Shown one piece after another: positions 6,688-12,212 of a stretch of 12,212 nucleotides of DNA. Source of the DNA: a bacterium (GTDB lineage: Bacteria > Desulfobacterota > DSWW01). The position numbers were made by a program, and so were the translations under genes. The stretch lies in NCBI GenBank assembly GCA_040756235.1, contig JBFLZG010000094.1, forward strand, positions 1 through 12,212, in the 5' to 3' direction. How positions within the stretch are numbered: position 1 is the first letter of the stretch; each line of letters starts with the position of its first letter. The notes beneath the pieces were generated by a model. That model had not been told where the DNA came from, made no database searches, and was given only the letters and a program-made list of their open reading frames with translations.

Positions 6688-8292
6688 ATGCAACCCTATC
6701 TGCTTCACCACCTTCTCACCGAAACCGCCGGCAGGCATCCGGACCGGCCCGCGGTCCTCTTGGGGGAGACGTCCCTCTCCTACTCGATGCTCGAGTCGAG
6801 GAGCAACCAGCTCGCCAGGCTGCTGGCCAGCCACGGCGTGCGCAGAGCGGACCGGGTCGGGCTCATGCTCGGCAAGTCGGTGGAGGCCGTCGTCAGCCTC
6901 TTCGGCATCCTCAAGGCCGGCGCCTGCTACGTTCCCATCGACCCCAGGGCGCCGTTCAAGAGAGTGAGGCACATCCTGGGCCATTGCGGGGTCACCTGCC
7001 TGCTGGCTTCCGGCCCGGACCTGGACGAAATCCTCTCGGAAGATCCCCAAGAGCTGCCGCTCCGATGTGCGCTCGTCACGGGAGAAGCGGCCCCGCGAGT
7101 GTCCGCTGCGGCCGAGGCCGGTATCGCCTGGGCCCCCTGGGACGCGCTCCGGAGCGAGCCCGCAGAGAGGGACGAAAGGGCGGAGCCCGCGGACGTGGCC
7201 CCGGCCTACATCCTTTGCACCTCCGGTTCGACCGGGGCGCCGAAGGGGGTCGCGATCACCCACCTGAACGCGCTCTCCTTCGTGAACATGGCCTGCGGCT
7301 TCTTTCAGATCGGACCCCAGGACCGGGTGGGAAGCTTCGCACCCCTGCAGTTCGATCTCTCGGTTTTCGACGTCTTCGCTGCGGTGAAAGGCGGGGCCAC
7401 GATCGTCCTTGTCCCGGAATTCCTCGGCGGCTTCCCGATGAAGCTCGCCGAGCACATCCATCGGAATCGGATATCGGTGTGGAACTCGGTCTCGTCGGTC
7501 CTGGTTCTGCTCGCGTCCCGCGGAAGGCTCGAGAGGTTCTCATTCGAGGCCCTGCGCCTGGTCCATTTTTCGGGCGACCTCCTGCCGGTCAAGTACCTGC
7601 GCCAGCTCAGGCGTCACATGCCGGACGCTGTCTTCTACAACATCTACGGCCAGACCGAGGCGAACTCGTCCCTCTGCTATCGCGTCGACGAGATCCCGGA
7701 GGGCGAATGGAGGATCCCGCTGGGCAAGCCGTTCCCCAACTTCGAAGTCTTCGCCATGGCAGAAGACGGGAGCCCGGCGGAAAGCCCTGGTCAGGAAGGC
7801 GAACTCTATATCAGGAGCTCGACCGTGGCCGCCGGCTACTGGCGTGACGAGGCCAAGACGCGCGAGAGCTTCGTCGCCGACCCGCGGGACCCCAACCTGC
7901 CCTCGCGCACCTACCGGACCGGGGACGTCGTGCGCCTGGACAGGGAAGGGAACTGGGTCTTCGTCGGCCGTAAGGACTCCATGGTCAAGTCCCGCGGGTA
8001 CCGCATCGAGCTGGACGAGATCGAGATGGCTCTGAACAGGCATCCGGCAGTACGGCAGGCCGCCGTAATTGCGGTTCCGGACGAAGGGATCGGCAGCCGT
8101 ATCGTGGCCTGCGTGTGCATGACGGACGGGCAGAGGTTGGAGGCAGCCGCTCTGGCAGGTTTCTGCAGCGAATACCTGCCCCCGTACATGGTCCCGGAGA
8201 GGATCGATTTCTTCGATGCGCTCCCGGTCACGCCGACCGGCAAGATCGACAGAACCTTTCTTCGAGATCAGACGGCTGCGAAAGGAACTTGA
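6688..8292 (+). CDS. Stand-alone amino acid adenylation enzyme (aminoacyl-carrier protein ligase; PltF/RedM/CloN4/DltA-like)
   Basis: Core motifs LSYSML, LKAGACYVPID, YILCTSGSTGAPKGV, FDLS, NIYGQTEA, GELYI...AGYW, YRTGD, GRKDSMVKSRGYRIELDEIE, LPPYMVP and TGKIDR. No C or T domain. Start 6688 follows GAGGGA; 6640 is an alternative. Confidence 0.93.
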   Translation: MQPYLLHHLLTETAGRHPDRPAVLLGETSLSYSMLESRSNQLARLLASHGVRRADRVGLMLGKSVEAVVSLFGILKAGACYVPIDPRAPFKRVRHILGHCGVTCLLASGPDLDEILSEDPQELPLRCALVTGEAAPRVSAAAEAGIAWAPWDALRSEPAERDERAEPADVAPAYILCTSGSTGAPKGVAITHLNALSFVNMACGFFQIGPQDRVGSFAPLQFDLSVFDVFAAVKGGATIVLVPEFLGGFPMKLAEHIHRNRISVWNSVSSVLVLLASRGRLERFSFEALRLVHFSGDLLPVKYLRQLRRHMPDAVFYNIYGQTEANSSLCYRVDEIPEGEWRIPLGKPFPNFEVFAMAEDGSPAESPGQEGELYIRSSTVAAGYWRDEAKTRESFVADPRDPNLPSRTYRTGDVVRLDREGNWVFVGRKDSMVKSRGYRIELDEIEMALNRHPAVRQAAVIAVPDEGIGSRIVACVCMTDGQRLEAAALAGFCSEYLPPYMVPERIDFFDALPVTPTGKIDRTFLRDQTAAKGT

Positions 8293-8293
8293 G

Positions 8294-9385
8294 ATGAGCT
8301 CGACCGCGGTCTCCAAGACTCTGAGGGGGTACCGGCTCCTGACCGGGGACTCTTCCCTGCAGGTCCTCGACCCGGTCCTGCACCCGGGGTGGGACCAGCT
8401 CCTCGCCTCCACGCCGGGAGCCATATTCTTTCATCACTCCTCCTGGGCCAAGGTTCTGAAGCACACCTACGGCTACACCCCTCTGTACCTGGCCAGGATC
8501 GAAAGAGGGCGGTTCGCGTTCCTCGTCCCTTTGATGGAAGTGAAGAGCCTGCTCACCGGGCGCCGGGGGGTTTCCCTCCCTTTCACGGATTTCTGCCCGT
8601 TCCTTCCAGGGGGCGGCGAGAGCTTCCTGGAGGTCGCCCGCCTTCTCACCGGCTACGGCAAGGAGTTGCGCTGGAGGTATCTGGAGCTCCGCGATGGCCC
8701 GGAGCCGGAGGCCGGGTCCCCGCCCTCTTCCACCTTTTGGACTCACACGCTGGATCTGTCCGGGAGGGCGGACACGACCTATGCCCGCTTCCGCAGCTCC
8801 ACGCGAAGGAATATCCAGAAAGCGATCCGGGAAGGAGTCGAGGTCGCCAGGACGGACGCCCCGGAGGGAGTGAGAGCATTCTATGACTTGAATTGCCGTA
8901 CCCGCAAACGGCACGGCCTGCCGCCGCAGCCTTACCGGTTTTTCAGGAACGTATACCAGGAGATCATCCGGCAGGGCCTCGGAGCGATCTTCCTGGCCAG
9001 GCATTCCGGCCGGATCGTGTCAGGAGCGGTATTCTTTCACCTGGGCGGGAAAGCCATTTACAAGTACGGGGCCTCGGACTACCGATATCAGGACCTGAGG
9101 CCCAACAACCTGGTCATGTGGGAAGCGATCCGCTGGTACTGCGAGAGGCATTTCGAAGAACTGAATTTCGGCAGAACAGAGCCGGACAACGAGGGGCTCT
9201 GCCGCTTCAAGGAAGGCTGGGGGGCCGAGCAGGCCCCCCTGCGCTATTACAAGTACGATTTCGCCAAGGCACGTTTCGTCGGACCCGCTCCCAGCCCCGC
9301 CCGCTGGCAGAACCGGATCTTCGGCCGGATGCCCCAGCCTCTCCTGAATCTCACCGGAGCCATTCTTTACAGACACGTGGGCTGA
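8294..9385 (+). CDS. FemAB-like double-GNAT acyltransferase (type associated with EPS/PEP-CTERM loci)
   Basis: WDQLL...IFFHHSSW, SLPFTD, RRNIQKAIREGV, HGLPPQPYRFF, YKYGAS, PNNLVMWEAIRW, NFGRT and GLCRFKEGWG. ATG 8294 lies 1 nt after the upstream TGA and follows AAGGAA. Confidence 0.88.
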   Translation: MSSTAVSKTLRGYRLLTGDSSLQVLDPVLHPGWDQLLASTPGAIFFHHSSWAKVLKHTYGYTPLYLARIERGRFAFLVPLMEVKSLLTGRRGVSLPFTDFCPFLPGGGESFLEVARLLTGYGKELRWRYLELRDGPEPEAGSPPSSTFWTHTLDLSGRADTTYARFRSSTRRNIQKAIREGVEVARTDAPEGVRAFYDLNCRTRKRHGLPPQPYRFFRNVYQEIIRQGLGAIFLARHSGRIVSGAVFFHLGGKAIYKYGASDYRYQDLRPNNLVMWEAIRWYCERHFEELNFGRTEPDNEGLCRFKEGWGAEQAPLRYYKYDFAKARFVGPAPSPARWQNRIFGRMPQPLLNLTGAILYRHVG

Positions 9386-9494
9386 CCGCTTGCATGTGGC
9401 GCAGAATCTTATCGGCGCCACACGCCCCGGCCCCAGGTCCGTGCGCTGGCCTGCAAGGGCCGAGGCCCTCTCTGCCCGGAGGTGCCGGTCGATC

Positions 9495-9836
9495 CTACTG
9501 GACCAGGAAGGGGGTCCCCGGCTTCCCGGGCGCCGTGCCGCTGACCTGGGCGCTCACCTCGTTTGAATAGCCGCTCTCGTTGCCGCTCGTGTCAACCGCC
9601 GTCAGGGCAAAGTAGTAGGTGTTCGGATTCAGGGTGGCCGTGTAAGACGTGACGGATTTCCCCGCGATGGAGATCTCCTGGGAGTACGCGCGTGAAGACG
9701 TCCCGTAATGCAGCTTGTACCCGGCCACGTCGCTCTCGGCATTGGCATTCCAGGCCAGCGTGATCGTACCGGCCCAGGCTGCCTGTGCGCATGCGATAAG
9801 CAGGACGATTGTCACGACGCAGGTCTTGGTGCGCAT
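9495..9836 (-). CDS. Small secreted fibronectin type III domain protein
   Basis: Signal peptide ending AWA|G; FN3 pattern ITLAW...VAGYKLHYG...LNPNTYYFALTAVD.SGNES.YSNEV; SD AAAAGGGGGAAG. Confidence 0.88.
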   Translation of the reverse strand: MRTKTCVVTIVLLIACAQAAWAGTITLAWNANAESDVAGYKLHYGTSSRAYSQEISIAGKSVTSYTATLNPNTYYFALTAVDTSGNESGYSNEVSAQVSGTAPGKPGTPFLVQ

Positions 9837-10010
9837 CTTTCTTCCCCCTTTTCGATTGGAACCGATTCGGTTTCTCGACCGTTACGGCTTTGTAACGCGT
9901 TCCATTACAGGAGCCGTAATTTAGTTTGTTCCCGGGTACCTCGTTTTCCCTGTGAAATCCGTGAAAACCGGCGCGACGGCACATTCGGGCACAGACGGTT
10001 TCTCCCCTGC

Positions 10011-10026
10011 TGCAACCCTTATGCCG
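10011..10026 (-). promoter_or_regulatory. Putative sigma54 (-24/-12) promoter for the small FN3 gene
   Basis: Minus strand reads CGGCAT-AAGGG-TTGCA, with GG and GC correctly spaced; correctly oriented in the intergenic region. Confidence 0.6.
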
Positions 10027-10149
10027 CACCTCCCTTTCGTTCCCGCCGAACGTCTCGGAGCACCAAATCGTTCTTGTGCCGCCGCCTCCCAGGACGACCA
10101 CTCCCGCCTCCGAGCGACCCTCGAATTTCGGTTTCCCGATGAAACGGAA

Positions 10150-10163
10150 TTACACGTGTGTAA
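10150..10163. promoter_or_regulatory. Palindrome, candidate enhancer-binding protein site
   Basis: TTACAC-GT-GTGTAA, about 125 and 150 bp upstream of the two divergent sigma54 motifs. Confidence 0.4.
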
Positions 10164-10314
10164 GCACCGCGGATTTCCTTTTCTTCGAGACGTCCCGCCC
10201 CCGAGCTCTCACCCTGCCTGAGAACCCGCCAGAGCATCCATAATATCCCGGTTTCATTGAACAGTTCTGAATCAGAGCTTCACAGCGGAGCGCTCGCGCT
10301 CAGCCGCTGCCGAG

Positions 10315-10330
10315 TGGCACTGTCCTTGCT
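10315..10330 (+). promoter_or_regulatory. Putative sigma54 (-24/-12) promoter for the large secreted protein
   Basis: TGGCAC-TGTCC-TTGCT matches the TGGCAC-N5-TTGCW consensus. Confidence 0.78.
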
Positions 10331-10590
10331 GGAGGCCTTTCGGCGACGAATACGGGTAGGCGCGACCCGTGTTCCGGGCCGACTTCAGGATCGGGCTTCC
10401 ACTCATCTCGGCTTATAACTCGAAGCTGAACTTGCGGCATCCAGGAGACCCCGTGCTCGTCCTCGCGTCCGCCGCCTCTTCCTGTTTCGAAAGAAGTGCG
10501 GCTGAGCGCTGGGCGGAGGGGCTCACGAGATGCCGACGGAACCCCTGTCCGGCACCATCCGTAAAAGCATTCCAAAAGGGGGGTAGGATC

Positions 10591-12003
10591 ATGATCAAGG
10601 GCAGGTTCGGCACCGTCGTGGTATTCCTACTGGCTCTGTCCGTAATGCTCCTGGCAGGCTCGCAGGAGGCCCATTCCGTCATCTACTGGAACGAGAGCCC
10701 TCTGACGTTCCGGTGGTCTGCCGCCACCGGCACCGTGAACAACTATGAAGTGTACATCTCCAAGAACGGGGCGGCCTATCCCGCCACCGCGAGCGCCTCG
10801 GTCACCGGCACCAGCTACACCTTTTCGGCCCAGGATGAAACCAGCTACGCGCTCAAGGTGCGCGCCGTTTCCCAAACGGACGGCCCGGGGCCGTTCTCGG
10901 ATCCGTCCCAGGTCGTCATGGTCTTCCTGCACGGGACGGCAAGCGATACGGACGGGGACGGGGTTCCGAACACGGCCGAGACCACCTCCGGCTGCAGCAG
11001 TCCGTACGACACCGATTCCGATGACGACGGCATTCCGGACGGAGTGGAAGACGCCAATCACAACGGGCGGGTCGACGCAGGCGAGACCGACCCCTGCGAG
11101 GCGGGCGCGGTCAATGACCTGATCTGCGACAATGGAAGCTCGTGCAGCTCCTACACGGGAAGTTGGTGGGTCTCCGGGGGCGAGGAGCCTTACGGGCAGA
11201 GCTCCCTTTACGGAAAATCCGGGTCGACCTACTCGTGGAGGTTCCAGATTCCGCAGTCCGGGAACTACCAGCTTTCCATGTGGTGGACCGAGTTCTACTC
11301 CCGCCCCACTGCGGCGCCTGTGACCTTGAGGTGCGGAAGCACCGTCGTGGACACGTTCAGCGTAAACCAGCAGGAGGACGGGGGCCAGTGGAACTGGCTC
11401 TCCAGCTTCCAGGCCTCTCAGGGGCAAACGTGCACCGTGACCATCCAGGCGGCGCCCTCGGGGAGCACCTGCGCGGACGCCGTCAAGCTCTCCAGCGCCT
11501 TCGGCGGCACCGCCTGCGGCAACGGGAGTGTGGATGCGGCAGAAGAGTGTGACGGGAACGACGATGACGCCTGCCCGAACCTGTGCCAGGCCGACTGCAC
11601 CTGCAGCGACGCGGCCCGAACGATCTGTGACAACGGGGATTCCTGCACCTCCTTCACCAAAGTCTGGCAGGTCTCCGGCGGTGTGAGGCCTTACGGGGAT
11701 GAGGCTCTCTACGGCAAGTGGGGTGCGACGTACACTTGGGACTTCCGGGCACCGCGCGCGGGGAACCTCAACGTTTACATGTGGTGGACGGAGTATGCCT
11801 CACGGTGCACCGATTGCCCGGTCACGCTCGAATGCGGCGGTCGCGTCCTGGACAATTTCACCCTGAACCAGCAGGAGAATGGCGGCAAGTGGAACTGGCT
11901 GGGCGGCTACCCTGTCCAGCAGGGCCAGAGCTGCTCGGTGACGATCGAGGCGGAGGGCGGTGAGAGCACCTGCGCGGACGCGGTCATGTTCGAGGTGGAA
12001 TGA
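10591..12003 (+). CDS. Secreted multidomain protein: FN3, DxDxDG Ca-binding repeats, two golvesin/CBM-like beta domains and a Cys-rich linker
   Basis: Signal peptide MIKGRFGTVVVFLLALSVMLLAGSQEAHS; FN3 (FRWSAA...YEVYIS...YALKVRAV...GPFSDPS); DTDGDGVPN and DTDSDDDGIPDGVED; two ~123-aa repeats (ICDNG...MWWTE..SR...NQQE.GG.WNWL...TCADAV); CGNGSVDAAEECDG linker. Start follows the SD AAAAGGGGGG. Confidence 0.85.
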   Translation: MIKGRFGTVVVFLLALSVMLLAGSQEAHSVIYWNESPLTFRWSAATGTVNNYEVYISKNGAAYPATASASVTGTSYTFSAQDETSYALKVRAVSQTDGPGPFSDPSQVVMVFLHGTASDTDGDGVPNTAETTSGCSSPYDTDSDDDGIPDGVEDANHNGRVDAGETDPCEAGAVNDLICDNGSSCSSYTGSWWVSGGEEPYGQSSLYGKSGSTYSWRFQIPQSGNYQLSMWWTEFYSRPTAAPVTLRCGSTVVDTFSVNQQEDGGQWNWLSSFQASQGQTCTVTIQAAPSGSTCADAVKLSSAFGGTACGNGSVDAAEECDGNDDDACPNLCQADCTCSDAARTICDNGDSCTSFTKVWQVSGGVRPYGDEALYGKWGATYTWDFRAPRAGNLNVYMWWTEYASRCTDCPVTLECGGRVLDNFTLNQQENGGKWNWLGGYPVQQGQSCSVTIEAEGGESTCADAVMFEVE

Positions 12004-12027
12004 ACGCACCGCGGCATTGACGACATG

Positions 12028-12062
12028 ACGGCCCGGAGCTCGAGCTCCGGGCCGTTTCATTT
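12028..12062 (+). terminator. Rho-independent terminator
   Basis: Perfect 28-bp palindrome ACGGCCCGGAGC-TCGA-GCTCCGGGCCGT followed by TTCATTT, beginning 25 nt after the stop codon. Confidence 0.75.
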
Positions 12063-12075
12063 GCACACACGTCTG

Positions 12076-12162
12076 ACCCCTCACCTTGATCCTCTCCCCT
12101 GGGCGGGTGTGGATCTTCTTACCTTCTCCCCTCGCCGAGGGGAGAAGGCCGGGATGAGGGGT
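12076..12162. repeat. REP/BoxC-like palindromic element (CCCTCACC...CTCTCCC / GGGAGA...TGAGGG type)
   Basis: ACCCCTCACCTTGATCCTCTCCCCT is imperfectly complementary to AGGGGAGAAGGCCGGGATGAGGGGT. Inner perfect hairpin CCTTCTCCCCTC-GCC-GAGGGGAGAAGG (12122-12148). A degenerate further arm may start near 12179. Confidence 0.7.
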
Positions 12163-12212
12163 GAATCTGCTCCAGTTACCCCCCACCCCGGCCCATGTCC
12201 CCCGGGACGAGC

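Noticed and set aside
2953..8292. Interpretation as a dlt (D-alanylation) operon or a complete NRPS/PKS cluster
   Set aside because: No DltB/DltD (MBOAT) and no condensation, ketosynthase or thioesterase domain in the window; the dehydrogenase does not fit dlt.
8216..8293. Longer start for the FemAB-like gene
   Set aside because: Overlaps the A10 motif region of the ligase; ATG 8294 fits translational coupling.
6331..8424. 376-aa and 294-aa antisense ORFs and a 287-aa alternate-frame ORF over the A domain
   Set aside because: No recognisable motifs and Arg/Pro/Gly-rich; explained by codon bias of the real gene.
9395..9468. Hairpins between the convergent genes (TGTGGCGC/GCGCCACA; AGGGCC/GGCCCT) as terminators
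   Set aside because: No U-tract on either strand, and short GC stems are expected by chance.
10369..10590. 74-codon N-terminal extension of the secreted protein
   Set aside because: It would bury the signal peptide; a clear SD precedes ATG 10591.
9837..10590. c-di-GMP or other known riboswitch, tRNA, CRISPR array, or small ORFs in the intergenic region
   Set aside because: No recognisable consensus or regularly spaced repeats; the listed ORFs lack motifs and overlap the promoter elements.
9495..12003. PEP-CTERM sorting signals on the secreted proteins
   Set aside because: Neither C-terminus has a PEP motif followed by a transmembrane helix and basic tail.

Overview
GC-rich bacterial window. 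A Desulfobacterota/Deltaproteobacteria-like origin is an impression only, based on repeat types and sigma54 use. Bases 1-9385 are the 3' part of a co-directional surface/exopolysaccharide locus: partial GT4 glycosyltransferase, Wzx-type flippase and sulfotransferase. These are followed by a carrier-protein acyl-tailoring cassette: ACP/PCP, GNAT, a 425-aa double-cupin protein, a prolyl-carrier-type acyl-CoA dehydrogenase, a stand-alone adenylation enzyme and a FemAB-like GNAT. The main observation is that the 425-aa protein contains a divergent ectoine synthase (EctC)-like domain with its Glu/Tyr/His metal triad apparently intact. It sits in a PltF/PltL/PltE-like triad whose A-domain pocket does not look proline-specific, and it is bracketed at its start and stop codons by an 18-bp direct repeat. 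This suggests a possibly undescribed pathway that builds an N-heterocyclic acyl group on a carrier protein to decorate a sulfated glycan (inference). Bases 9495-12003 hold two divergent secreted FN3-containing proteins, each preceded by a sigma54-type promoter, with a central palindrome as a candidate shared enhancer. A MITE-like element, a terminator and a REP/BoxC-like palindrome are also present. All family assignments are by-eye motif recognition; no searches were run.
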